Positions 8,171-17,019 of a stretch of 20,988 bases of DNA are shown piece after piece. The notes beneath the pieces are model-generated. The model was not told the origin of the DNA, did no database searches, and saw only the letters and a program-made list of their open reading frames with translations. The stretch is taken from assembly GCF_051860865.1 (NCBI RefSeq), contig NZ_JBIMKZ010000056.1, forward strand, positions 1-20,988, written 5' to 3'. This DNA is from Polymorphobacter sp. (GTDB lineage Bacteria; Pseudomonadota; Alphaproteobacteria; Sphingomonadales; Sphingomonadaceae). A program made the position numbers and the translations under genes. Numbering within the stretch: position 1 is the stretch's first letter; each line of letters opens with the position of its first letter.

Positions 8171-8886
8171 AGCGCCACCCCGCCATGGGTGCCGATATAC
8201 TGGCCGGTGATCCAGCCGGCCTTGTCTGACAGCAGCAGCTCGACCGCATCGGCAATGTCCTGCGGCGTGCCCATCCGGCCAAGCGCCGTATTGGCGGTTA
8301 CCCGCGCCACGATGCCAGGGTCGCGTGCCAGCTCACCGGTCATGTCGGTCGGGGTCAGCCCGGGCCCGATGGCGTTGACGGTGATGCCCCGGCTGCCGAG
8401 CGACAGCGCCAGCGATGTCACCAGATGATTCTGCGCCGCCTTCATCGCGGCATAGGCCGGAAACATCGCGGCGGCGCGTTCGGCCGTGCTCGATGAGACG
8501 AACAGCAGACGCCCGCCATCGACCAGCTGCGGCGCCAGCGCCTGGGTGAGAAAATAGGGCCCTTTCAACGTCACCTCGTAGAGCGCGTCGAAGTCGGCCG
8601 TTGTCGAGGTCGCCAGCGGACCCCCGATCAATATGCCGGCGTTGTGCACCAGCGCGTCGATCGGCCCGAGCCTCTCTGCAACACCGGCAAAGCTTTCGAT
8701 ATCGGTTACGTCACAGGCACAGGTTTCGGCACGACCGCCGGCAGCCATGATGGCGTCGGCGACGCGCCGGGCGGCACCCTCATCCCGGGCATAGCCGATG
8801 ATGACATGCCATCCCGCCGCCGCCAGCGTCGTGCTGATCGCCGCGCCGATGCCGCGCCCTCCCCCCGTCACAAAAACCTTGGCCAC
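8167..8886 (-). CDS. Short-chain dehydrogenase/reductase (SDR) family oxidoreductase
   Basis: 239 aa: MAKVFVTGGGRGIGAAI... (a TGxxxGxG Rossmann motif), followed by the ...YAAMKAA... catalytic region (YxxxK). Its 3' end overlaps the convergent rlmB by 4 nt. Confidence 0.85.
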   Translation of the reverse strand: MAKVFVTGGGRGIGAAISTTLAAAGWHVIIGYARDEGAARRVADAIMAAGGRAETCACDVTDIESFAGVAERLGPIDALVHNAGILIGGPLATSTTADFDALYEVTLKGPYFLTQALAPQLVDGGRLLFVSSSTAERAAAMFPAYAAMKAAQNHLVTSLALSLGSRGITVNAIGPGLTPTDMTGELARDPGIVARVTANTALGRMGTPQDIADAVELLLSDKAGWITGQYIGTHGGVAL

Positions 8887-8899
8887 CCCCGGGTCCCCC

Positions 8900-10261
8900 T
8901 CAATAGCTTTCGGTCTCGTAGATGAAATCGGTGCTGCCCTCGTACCGGGCCAGCAGACGCTCGGCGTTGGTCAAGCCGCTGTCGGCAATTTCACGCAGCG
9001 GGTTGAGGAAGCCCTGTTCGCTGTCGCCCATGCGGTTCTGCCGCGCCCGCCGCGCCAGCCCGGCATCGGCAATCGCCAGCACTTGCTTCGCCAGCGCCTG
9101 CAGGCTGCCGCCAAGCGGGCTCGGCGCCTTCAGCGCCAGCCGCGGAACATCGTCGCGCAGCCGGGCATGGTCCTCGGCCGTCCAGTTCTTCACCAGCTCC
9201 CACGCCGCATCGAGCGCAACATCGTCGTAAAGCAGGCCGACCCATAGCGCCGGCAGCGCGCAGATCCGGTCCCAGCGGCCGCCATCGGCGCCGCGCATTT
9301 CAAGATAACCCTTCATCCGCACCTCGGGAAACGCGGTCGAGAGGTGATCCTTCCAGTCGGCGATCGTCGGCGTCTCGCCGGGCAGCGCCGGTAGCCGCCC
9401 CGCGAGAAAATCGCGGAAGCTCTGACCCGCCGCGTCGATATATTTGCCGGCGCGGTAGACGAAATACATCGGCACATCGAGCGCGTAATCGGCATAGCGC
9501 TCGAAACCGAAACCATCCTCGAAGACGAACGGCAGCGTGCCGGTGCGCGCCGGATCGGTGTCGGTCCAGATATGGCTGCGATAGCTGAGAAATCCGTTGG
9601 GCTTGCCTTCACCGAACGGCGAATTGGCGAACAGCGCCGTTGCCAGCGGTTGCAAGGCAAGGCTGACCCTGAACTTCTTCACCATATCGGCCTCGCCGGC
9701 ATAGTCGAGGTTGGTCTGGATCGTGCAAGTCCGCGTCATCATATCCAGCCCGAGACCGCCGACACGCGGCATATGGGCGCGCATGATCGCGTAGCGGCCC
9801 TTGGGCATCCATGGCAGCTCGTCACGGCGCTTGTCGGGCCAGAAGCCGAGACCCAGGAAGCCAAGGCCGAGTTCATTTCCCACTTCGCGGCACTGGGCCA
9901 GGTGCCGGTTTGATTCGGCACAGGTCTGGTGAATGTTTTCCACGGGCGCGCCAGACAATTCGAACTGCCCGGCCGGCTCGAGGCTGATGGCACCGTCCGC
10001 CCCCTTCAGCGCGATGACATGGCCGCCCTCGATCACCGGCTCCCAGCCGAAGCGCTCCATGCCGAGCAACAGGTCGCGGATGCCACCGGGCTCTTCATAG
10101 GAGGGCGCCCGATGGTCAGCCAGCCGATAGACGAATTTCTCATGCTCGGTCCCGATCCGCCAGGCGTCGACGGGTTTGCCGCCGTCCTCGAACACGCCGA
10201 TCAGCGCCGCGCGGGTGGTGATCGGGGCGTCGTCCGCCGCCAGGGATTGATGGGTGCTCAT
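8900..10261 (-). CDS. gshA: Glutamate--cysteine ligase, plant/alphaproteobacterial type (GCS2 family)
   Basis: WRIGTEHEKFVYRL...GGIRDLL...GWEP...GQFELSGAP...TCTIQTNLDY... match the type-2 GshA of alphaproteobacteria and plants. The start is assigned to the internal ATG at 10261 (MSTHQSL...). The longer track ORF would add a 41-aa extension. Confidence 0.85.
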   Translation of the reverse strand: MSTHQSLAADDAPITTRAALIGVFEDGGKPVDAWRIGTEHEKFVYRLADHRAPSYEEPGGIRDLLLGMERFGWEPVIEGGHVIALKGADGAISLEPAGQFELSGAPVENIHQTCAESNRHLAQCREVGNELGLGFLGLGFWPDKRRDELPWMPKGRYAIMRAHMPRVGGLGLDMMTRTCTIQTNLDYAGEADMVKKFRVSLALQPLATALFANSPFGEGKPNGFLSYRSHIWTDTDPARTGTLPFVFEDGFGFERYADYALDVPMYFVYRAGKYIDAAGQSFRDFLAGRLPALPGETPTIADWKDHLSTAFPEVRMKGYLEMRGADGGRWDRICALPALWVGLLYDDVALDAAWELVKNWTAEDHARLRDDVPRLALKAPSPLGGSLQALAKQVLAIADAGLARRARQNRMGDSEQGFLNPLREIADSGLTNAERLLARYEGSTDFIYETESY

Positions 10262-10508
10262 ACTCGCGCGCTTAGCTGTCCGCCGTGGCTTTTGCCAGCG
10301 TCCTGACGGCGCGTCGGAGAAGTTGGTATGCGTGCATGGGCTGCGATCCGTAGAAACTCCACCGAACCGGCCAATCCCGATCAACGCCGAAGAAGTGCCT
10401 GCCGATCAATGCCTGTCAGTGGAATCGATTCCCACGACCACCTCCGTGATCACAGTATATCGCTGGTTCCACCCACGGCCGTCCCATCTGTTCAGGTGAA
10501 CTGGCGAT

Positions 10509-11663
10509 CTAGCGGACTAACCGTACTAGTCCGTCGCCGAGGCGCCCGCTGTTCGGGCACTTCATGACAATGGCGATGTCGTCATAATCCTTGTCCGTCC
10601 ATGCCGGATCGATCCAGGAGCCACTGGCGCCGCTCTGACCCGGCGGACGATCTTCCCAGCCGAAATACATGAACTTGCCCGGGGTACAGCCAGTGGCCGC
10701 CGTCCGCGGGAAGCGGTTCTTGCCTTTGGGAATGACGTTGCCGGATGCGGTCGGATTGCACTGGGCGTAGGAATTGCAGATGACGGTCTCGACCAGAGCG
10801 CTGGTAAATGCGAAAGTCTCGGTTCCGTTGTTGATCACCGTATCCGAATAATAATTATGTTCCGGCCGCCCGGGCTTCTTGCCTTCGACCGTGGCATTCG
10901 GGTTCGCCCACAAGGCCGGATTGGACTTGGCGTGGCGGACATTGCGCAGCCGGAAACTGATGCTCTGGCCTTCGGCGTTGCAGTTCGGCCAGACAGGCTC
11001 GGCAGCAGGATTAGCCGTGATGACATTGCCGCTGATCGTCACGATGTTCTGGCCGGCCGGCAGATTGTTGGAAATGAGCGTTTCCTGGCTGCGCCGAGAC
11101 GCCGGCGTACCGGTCCCGGCATAATTGTAGCAATAGGCGTAAAGTTCGTTGAAATCGCCGGCCTCGGCATCGAGCCGGAGCGACTGCGGCGGCTCGTAGA
11201 AGACGTTCATCGGGCGGGCAGCAATGGCCATGACGCTGATCTCGGGCCGCGAGGCGCCAAACAGGCCCGAGAAGATCTGTGGCACGGCATTGCCCCGCCC
11301 TTCGCTGCGGACGGCCACCACGCGAACCGCATTGGCATCGGCACCAGCGCCCGGCACGAATCCGGTCGCCTCGCTGTAACGACCGACCGTCACATCATCT
11401 TCGGTAATGAAATCGCCGAAGCCCGACGGCACATTCTCTTCAGCCGAGGCCAGCGCTGCGGCCGACGCGTCCGCATTGTCGACCACCGCTGCAAGCGCGG
11501 CCAGCGCTGCCGCGTCGGTCGCGCCCTGCATCCGGTTGTGCACCACCCGATAGACCGACATGTCGACAGCAAAAGCCATGCCACCGAGCATCACCGGCAG
11601 CGCGGCCGCGACAACATAGGCAACGGCGCCCCTGCGGTTATGGCGCAGACGATCAATCCACAT
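10509..11663 (-). CDS. TadE/TadG-family (Flp-pilus-associated) protein with Cys-rich, Asn/Gly-rich C-terminal domain of unknown function
   Basis: The N-terminus MWIDRLRHNRRGAVAYVVAAALPVMLGGMAFAVDMSVY is the TadE/G-like membrane anchor motif. The start is assigned to ATG 11663 with an AGGAG SD, overlapping the upstream gene by 11 nt. No vWA MIDAS motif was found. The C-terminal half has 8 Cys. Confidence 0.7.
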   Translation of the reverse strand: MWIDRLRHNRRGAVAYVVAAALPVMLGGMAFAVDMSVYRVVHNRMQGATDAAALAALAAVVDNADASAAALASAEENVPSGFGDFITEDDVTVGRYSEATGFVPGAGADANAVRVVAVRSEGRGNAVPQIFSGLFGASRPEISVMAIAARPMNVFYEPPQSLRLDAEAGDFNELYAYCYNYAGTGTPASRRSQETLISNNLPAGQNIVTISGNVITANPAAEPVWPNCNAEGQSISFRLRNVRHAKSNPALWANPNATVEGKKPGRPEHNYYSDTVINNGTETFAFTSALVETVICNSYAQCNPTASGNVIPKGKNRFPRTAATGCTPGKFMYFGWEDRPPGQSGASGSWIDPAWTDKDYDDIAIVMKCPNSGRLGDGLVRLVR

Positions 11664-12093
11664 AGGGAAGCTCCTGCCGTACATTGGCACTGGCAGAAAT
11701 CGTCCAGGGATAAAGCCGCGACACCATGGCGATCGGTGTCGCCGATGTGGACGGTACCTCAACTTCGATCGTCACCGAATTGAGCCGCGGGTCGGTCGGG
11801 TTGCTCTCCGTGAGCGACATGTCGACATCATCGCTCATCCACGACGGCAGATAGGCAACAAGGCGATTCTCCGCCTCGGCCCGGCTCAGATTGTTAACGG
11901 CGATATCCCGGGCGACAACATTAGCGCCGAATTGCATCGCGCTCATCGAATAGGCCATGAAGCCATATTCGAAGCCACCCATCAACAGCGTCAGCAGAAT
12001 CGGCGTTACCAAAGCGAACTCGGCCGCGACTGCACCACGGCGAGACGTCACCAGCCCTTTCATTAGGCGATCATGACGAAAACGAACGTTCAT
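11653..12093 (-). CDS. TadE-like protein (Flp pilus assembly/pseudopilin-like)
   Basis: ...SRRGAVAAEFALVTPILLTLLMGGFEYGFMAYS is the textbook TadE-like N-terminal motif. The start is assigned to ATG 12093 (MNVRF...), which has a GGGG SD. Confidence 0.72.
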   Translation of the reverse strand: MNVRFRHDRLMKGLVTSRRGAVAAEFALVTPILLTLLMGGFEYGFMAYSMSAMQFGANVVARDIAVNNLSRAEAENRLVAYLPSWMSDDVDMSLTESNPTDPRLNSVTIEVEVPSTSATPIAMVSRLYPWTISASANVRQELPYVD

Positions 12094-12232
12094 ACACCCC
12101 AAGTCAATGCAGTAATTACCGATTCGGACTATACCTATACCGCCTCTCGTTCAATTGCGCACGTTAGGAATATGGTCACCTTGTTGTTAACCAATGCAAA
12201 ATAGCGCCAGCTGTCTCGCCATGCCGATGCGT

Positions 12233-12964
12233 TCAGTCGCCGACCAGCGCCTGCCAGACCGAAATGACCGCAATGGCTGCCGTGTCTGCACGCAAGATGC
12301 GCCGGCCCAGACTCACCGGTTTCGCAGCCGGCACAGCCCTGATCATGGCGGCCTCTTCGGTCATGAATCCGCCCTCCGGCCCGACCAGAAACGCCGCCGG
12401 CCCGGGCATTACCGTCTCGACCAGCCGCGCGCCACCGGTCTCGTCGGCAAAATACAGGGCGCGTTCGACCGGCCAGTCCCGCATCAATGAAGGCAGCGTC
12501 ACAGGTTCAGCCAGCACGGGCAGCGCCGTGCGCCCGCATTGCTCGGCCGCCTCGATCATATGCGCCTGGAGCCGCTCGGCATTGAGTCGGTCAACGATGG
12601 TGCGTCGGGTGATCACCGGCACCAGCCGCGCCACCCCCAGCTCGCAGGCCTTCTCCACCAACCAGTCGATACGCCCGCGCTTCAGCGGCGCGAAGCACAG
12701 CCACAGATCTGCCATCGCCTCCTGCGGGGCGGACGGGGCCGCCACCACCAAGGTCACCGACTTGCGCGCCACGGCCAGCACGCGCGCCGCCCATTCGCCG
12801 CTGGTACCGTCGAACAGGCGCACCATGTCGCCCGGCTGCCGGCGCATGACGCTGCCGAGGTAATGGGCCGGCGCATCGCGCAGCGCGATTTCCCGCCCGG
12901 CCGACAAGGGCCCCTCGACATAAAGCCGCGGCGTGGTTGACAGATCGGCTGTGTTTTCGCTCAT
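12233..12964 (-). CDS. rsmE: 16S rRNA (uracil1498-N3)-methyltransferase
   Basis: 243 aa. PRLYVEGPLSAGREIAL...QPGDMVRLFDGTSGEW aligns with the RsmE N-terminus. The C-terminal FLVGPEGGFMTEE...ILRADTAAIA is the SPOUT knot motif. Confidence 0.85.
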   Translation of the reverse strand: MSENTADLSTTPRLYVEGPLSAGREIALRDAPAHYLGSVMRRQPGDMVRLFDGTSGEWAARVLAVARKSVTLVVAAPSAPQEAMADLWLCFAPLKRGRIDWLVEKACELGVARLVPVITRRTIVDRLNAERLQAHMIEAAEQCGRTALPVLAEPVTLPSLMRDWPVERALYFADETGGARLVETVMPGPAAFLVGPEGGFMTEEAAMIRAVPAAKPVSLGRRILRADTAAIAVISVWQALVGD

Positions 12965-12970
12965 GGGGCC

Positions 12971-13909
12971 GTGGCTAGCACAGCGCCCCTTCCCCCGAAA
13001 CGGAGCATCGCTGCCGAGGCGACCCCCGATGCCGAAGCCGTCGGCTGGATAGACAAGCTGCCCCCGCGCGCCCGCGCCTATGCCCGGCTGGCCCGGCTCG
13101 ACCGTCCGATCGGCGCCTGGCTGCTCTATTGGCCAGCCCCGGCCGGACTGGCGCTGGCCGGCGGGCTTTACATGGACTGGGCGCTGGTCCTGTGGTTCGC
13201 GCTCGGCGCCTTCGCCATGCGCGCCGCCGGCTGCGTCTGGAACGACATTGTCGATCGCGATCTCGATGCCCGCGTTGCCCGAACCCGGGCGAGGCCGGTG
13301 GCCAGCGGCGCCATCAGCGTCCGCGCGGCGCTAATCTACGCGGTGGCGCTGTCCGCCTTCGGCCTGATCGTGCTGCTCCAGCTCCGTCCATTCGCGCAGA
13401 TCGTTGCTCTCGCCAGCCTGGCACTCGTCGCCGCCTATCCGTTCATGAAGCGCATCACCTGGTGGCCGCAGGCCTGGCTCGGGCTCACCTTCAACTGGGG
13501 CGCGCTGGTCGGCTACACGGCGATCACCGATCCCGCCCCGCCGATGCTGCTGCTCTACGCCGCCGGCATCGCCTGGACGCTGGGCTATGACACCATCTAC
13601 GCCCTTCAGGACATCGAGGACGACGCCATGGCCGGCATCCGCTCCTCAGCACGACGGCTCGGCCGGCACGCCCGCATCGGCATCGCCCTGTTTTACGCGC
13701 TCAGCGCTGCACTGCTGGCAACCGCACTCTATCTGGCGCTGCCCGATCCGCTCAGCCCGCTCGCCGCCCTGCCCTTCGCCCTTCATCTCGCATGGCAGGT
13801 CATGGCATTGCGGCCGTCCGACAGTACCAACGCCCTGCGCCTGTTCCGCGCCAACCATCAGGCCGGGCTGCTGCTGTTCGCCGCGACCGCCGTCGTCGGC
13901 CTCGCCTGA
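12971..13909 (+). CDS. ubiA: 4-hydroxybenzoate polyprenyltransferase (UbiA family)
   Basis: RLARLDRPIGAWLLYWP...NDIVDRDLDARVARTRARPVASG...YDTIYALQDIEDD are the UbiA prenyltransferase Asp-rich motifs, and the protein is a multi-TM protein. It has a GTG start. The start position is uncertain because it lies only 6 bp from the divergent rsmE. Confidence 0.8.
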   Translation: MASTAPLPPKRSIAAEATPDAEAVGWIDKLPPRARAYARLARLDRPIGAWLLYWPAPAGLALAGGLYMDWALVLWFALGAFAMRAAGCVWNDIVDRDLDARVARTRARPVASGAISVRAALIYAVALSAFGLIVLLQLRPFAQIVALASLALVAAYPFMKRITWWPQAWLGLTFNWGALVGYTAITDPAPPMLLLYAAGIAWTLGYDTIYALQDIEDDAMAGIRSSARRLGRHARIGIALFYALSAALLATALYLALPDPLSPLAALPFALHLAWQVMALRPSDSTNALRLFRANHQAGLLLFAATAVVGLA

Positions 13910-13956
13910 AAGCCGCACCACTGGACCCGGCCGGCCGCACCGCTTAAGCCAGCCCG

Positions 13957-15303
13957 ATGCTCACCATCCCCCAGGCGCTCGACCGCCTCGACACCATCCT
14001 CGCCGCCGCCCGTACCGCCGGAGCCGATACAGCCGACGCCCTTTACGCCGGTGACGCCAGCACCTCGATCGCCGTGCGACTCGGCCAGCTCGAGGATGTC
14101 GGCCGCTCGGAGGGCGAAGAGCTCGGCCTGCGGGTGTTTATCGGCAACCGTTCGGCCAGCGTCACCAGTTCCGACCTGTCACCGGCCGCGCTGCGCGAAG
14201 CCGCCGACCGCGCTGTCGCCATGGCACGGCTGGCACCCGAGGACCCGCACGCCGGCCTCGCCCCCGAGGCGCTGCTGCTGAAGGGCCAGCCGCCCGAACT
14301 CGATATCAACGACCCTACCGATCTTCCCTCCGAACGGCTGAAGGCGCTGGCGCTGGCGGCCGAGGACGCGGCGCGCGCCGTCCACGGCGTCACCAATTCG
14401 GAAGGCGGAGGCGCCGCCCAGGGACGCGCCAACACCGCGCTGATGACCAGCACCGGCTTCGCCGCCGGCCGCGCCTCCTCGTCGTACAGCCTGTCGGCCA
14501 GCGTCATCGCCGGCGAGGGCGCCGGCATGCAGCGTGACTATGCCTGGCACAGCGCCCGCTTTTTCGCCGATCTTGAAGACGCGACCGCCATCGGCACCCG
14601 CGCCGGCACCCGCGCCACCCGGCGGCTGGCGCCGATCAAGCTCGATACCGGCCAATATCCGATTGTCTTCGATCCGCGCGTCTCGGCCAGCCTGATCGGC
14701 CATTTCATCGGCGCCATCACCGGCAGCAGCATCACCCGCGGCACCAGCTTCCTCAAGGATTCGATGGGCCAGCAGGTATTCGCGCCCGGCATCCAGATCA
14801 TCGACGATCCGCTGCGCCCGCGCGGCCTGCGCTCGCGCAGCTTCGATGGTGAAGGCCTGCCCACCCGGCGGCTGGCGCTGATCGAAGATGGCATCCTCAC
14901 CACCTGGCTGCTCGATGCCGCCAGCGCCCATCAGCTCGGCCTTGCCCCCACCGGCCATGCCAGCCGCGGCACCAGCGGCCCGCCCGGCGCCTCGGCCAGC
15001 AACCTCCATATCGCCCCCGGCCCGCTCAGCCCCGACGCGCTGATCGCCGACATCAAGCGCGGCCTGCTGGTCACCGAGTTGATCGGCATGGGCGTCAACG
15101 GCCTGACCGGCGACTATTCGCGCGGCGCCGCCGGCTTCCTTATCGAGGAAGGGCAGATCACCCGCCCGGTCGCCGAGATCACCATCGCCGGCAACCTCAA
15201 GGACATGTTCCTGGCGTTGACCCCGGCCAACGATCTCGCCTTCCGCCACGCCAGCAACGCGCCCACCTTGCGCGTGGAAGGCATGACGATCGCCGGCGCC
15301 TGA
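13957..15303 (+). CDS. pmbA: TldD/PmbA-family metalloprotease (PmbA/TldE)
   Basis: 448 aa with a PmbA-like N-terminus and the characteristic C-terminal G-rich region (...GDYSRGAAGFLIEEGQI...). Confidence 0.82.
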   Translation: MLTIPQALDRLDTILAAARTAGADTADALYAGDASTSIAVRLGQLEDVGRSEGEELGLRVFIGNRSASVTSSDLSPAALREAADRAVAMARLAPEDPHAGLAPEALLLKGQPPELDINDPTDLPSERLKALALAAEDAARAVHGVTNSEGGGAAQGRANTALMTSTGFAAGRASSSYSLSASVIAGEGAGMQRDYAWHSARFFADLEDATAIGTRAGTRATRRLAPIKLDTGQYPIVFDPRVSASLIGHFIGAITGSSITRGTSFLKDSMGQQVFAPGIQIIDDPLRPRGLRSRSFDGEGLPTRRLALIEDGILTTWLLDAASAHQLGLAPTGHASRGTSGPPGASASNLHIAPGPLSPDALIADIKRGLLVTELIGMGVNGLTGDYSRGAAGFLIEEGQITRPVAEITIAGNLKDMFLALTPANDLAFRHASNAPTLRVEGMTIAGA

Positions 15304-16106
15304 TGGCGGAAACCGATCTCGCGCTCGCCATCCGCCTCGCGACCACCGCCGGCCAGCTGGCGCTTGGCCATTTCCACGGCCCGGAAGACTGGTGGGAGAA
15401 ATCCGTCGGCAACCCGGTCAGCCGCGCCGATATCGCCGTCGACGATTATCTCCGCCAGACGCTGGCCAGCGAGCGCCCCGATGACGGCTGGCTGTCCGAG
15501 GAAACCGCCGACACCCCGGCCCGGCTGACCCGGCCCCGGCTCTGGGTGATCGATCCGATCGACGGCACCCGCGATTTCGTGCGCGGCCGCACCGGCTGGG
15601 CGGTCAGCCTGGCCCTGGTCGAGAATGGCCGGCCGATCGTCGCCGCGCTCGCCGCGCCGGCACGCGACCAGCTCTACACCGCCGTCGCGGGCCTGGGCGC
15701 GCGGCTCAACGGCCAGCCGATCACCATGGATTCCGCGCCCGCCGGCCTGCGCCTGCCGATCGACGCGCAGAGCCTGAACGCCAGCTTCTGGCCGGCCCCC
15801 TGGCCCGACGGCAGCATCGTCGAGAAGCCGAACAGCCTGGCGTTGCGGATGGCCAAGGTCGCCGCCGGCGAAGCCGATGCCTGGCTGGAAGGCCGCACCA
15901 TCAACGAATGGGACGTGGCCGCATCGGCGCTGATCGTAACCGAAGCCGGCGGCACCGTCACCGATCGTCATGGCGCCCCGCTGGTCTTCAACAAGCCGGA
16001 CCCGGTGATCCAGGGCCTCGCCACCGCCACGGCCGGCCGCCACCCCCTGGTCCTGCGCTATCTGCAGCACGCCATGGCAACGCTGGCAGCACGGCGGGCG
16101 CGTTAA
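15303..16106 (+). CDS. Inositol monophosphatase family protein (CysQ/SuhB-like bisphosphate nucleotidase)
   Basis: It contains WLSEE...WVIDPIDGTRDFVRG...WDVAA, the IMPase metal-binding motifs. It is start/stop coupled to pmbA (TGATG). Confidence 0.8.
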   Translation: MAETDLALAIRLATTAGQLALGHFHGPEDWWEKSVGNPVSRADIAVDDYLRQTLASERPDDGWLSEETADTPARLTRPRLWVIDPIDGTRDFVRGRTGWAVSLALVENGRPIVAALAAPARDQLYTAVAGLGARLNGQPITMDSAPAGLRLPIDAQSLNASFWPAPWPDGSIVEKPNSLALRMAKVAAGEADAWLEGRTINEWDVAASALIVTEAGGTVTDRHGAPLVFNKPDPVIQGLATATAGRHPLVLRYLQHAMATLAARRAR

Positions 16107-16639
16107 CCAGCCGGGCCATCCCCCAGCGCTCGCTCGATTTCACCCTCGGCCTGCCCATGCAACGCCCAGAAATCTGCAACGCCATCGCCGCGAACCCGCC
16201 GCGCCAGCGCCGCCAGATGGGCATGCCAGCCGCCGCCGAAATTATGTGCGTCGTCCAAGCCGCGCAGCCCGTCATGAATCAGCACCAGCAGCGTGCCACC
16301 CTGTTGCGCCCGCAGCGTGATGGTGACCTCTCCGGCCGCGCCATCATCCCATGTGAAGGCAAGCACGTTCGGCGGGTCGAGCCGGGTGATACGCTCGGTC
16401 CAGCACTTGCCGAGATGTGTACGGTAGCGCTCGGGCGTGGGCACGTCGCCGTCCGAGAGCCGGTCATGCTCCATCGTCATGCCGATCGATCCGCCGACCC
16501 GAAGGTCGGTCGGGCCGCCCATGAACCAGCGCGCCCTTAGCGCCGGATCGACCAGATAGGCCCAGACCGTCTCCACCGGCGCATCCAGCAGCCGTTCGAA
16601 GCGCAGGCGCTGCGCTGTCACCCTTGTCACATCGCTCAT
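16103..16639 (-). CDS. SRPBCC-superfamily protein (AHSA1/activator-of-Hsp90-ATPase-like)
   Basis: The start is assigned to ATG 16639 (MSDVTRVTAQRLRFERLLDAPVETVWAYLVDPALRARWF...). It overlaps the stop of the upstream ArsR gene (ATGA). The longer track ORF is an unsupported extension. Confidence 0.75.
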   Translation of the reverse strand: MSDVTRVTAQRLRFERLLDAPVETVWAYLVDPALRARWFMGGPTDLRVGGSIGMTMEHDRLSDGDVPTPERYRTHLGKCWTERITRLDPPNVLAFTWDDGAAGEVTITLRAQQGGTLLVLIHDGLRGLDDAHNFGGGWHAHLAALARRVRGDGVADFWALHGQAEGEIERALGDGPAG

Positions 16640-16960
16640 CGCTGGTCCTCCTTCAAAACCGCTTCCAGGACATCGAGCCGGTCGGTCCAGAAGCGTTCCC
16701 ACTGGCTCAGCCAGTCCCGCGCTTCCTGCATCCGCCGGGCATTCAACCGACACAGCTGCTGGCGCCCGACCTTGCGCCGCTCGACGAGGCCGGCACGTTC
16801 GAGCACGCCGACATGTTTGGATGCGCCGGCCAGCGTCATTCGGTATGGCGCGGCGAGCATGCCGACCGACTGTTCCCCGCGCGCCAGTGCCGCCAGCATG
16901 CCGCGGCGGGTGGGATCGGCGAGCGCCATGAATGTGGAATCGAGACGATCATAAACCATA
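16636..16960 (-). CDS. ArsR/SmtB-family transcriptional regulator
   Basis: MVYDRLDSTFMALADPTRRGMLAALARGEQSVGMLAAPYRMTLAGASKHVGVLERAGLVERRKVGRQ is a winged-HTH of the ArsR family. The start is either ATG 16960 or GTG 16974. Confidence 0.75.
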
Positions 16961-17006
16961 TGGTTTAGTATCACGCCTGAACACGAACAGTAAACCGAAC
17001 GGTTTA
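16952..17006. promoter_or_regulatory. Two near-identical palindromic operator-like sites (TAAACC-N4-GGTTTAGTAT)
   Basis: 16952-16967 is TAAACCATATGGTTTA, a perfect 16-bp palindrome that covers the ArsR ATG. 16991-17006 is TAAACCGAACGGTTTA (7-2-7 IR). Both are followed by GTAT and their centres are 39 bp apart. They sit in the 45-bp gap between the chrA stop and the ArsR gene. Confidence 0.5.
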
Positions 17007-17019
17007 GTATGCTGATCGA

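Noticed and set aside
10262-10567. Small ORFs (81 and 79 aa) in the gshA upstream region
   Set aside because: They have no SD or start context and no recognisable motifs. They overlap each other in different frames and fit a non-coding leader better.
12195-12209. Sigma-54-like -24/-12 element (TGGCGC-tatt-TTGCA on the minus strand) upstream of the TadE-like gene
   Set aside because: The GG-to-GC spacing is one nucleotide shorter than the strict sigma-54 consensus and no cognate EBP gene is nearby. It is most likely a chance resemblance.
14179-15249. 356-aa minus-strand ORF
   Set aside because: It is antisense to pmbA, its translation is Gly/Ala/Arg-rich with no motifs, and pmbA is confidently identified.
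15114-16070. 318-aa minus-strand ORF
   Set aside because: It is antisense to the IMPase-family gene, which carries clear metal-binding motifs (WVIDPIDGTRDF). It is a GC-shadow ORF.
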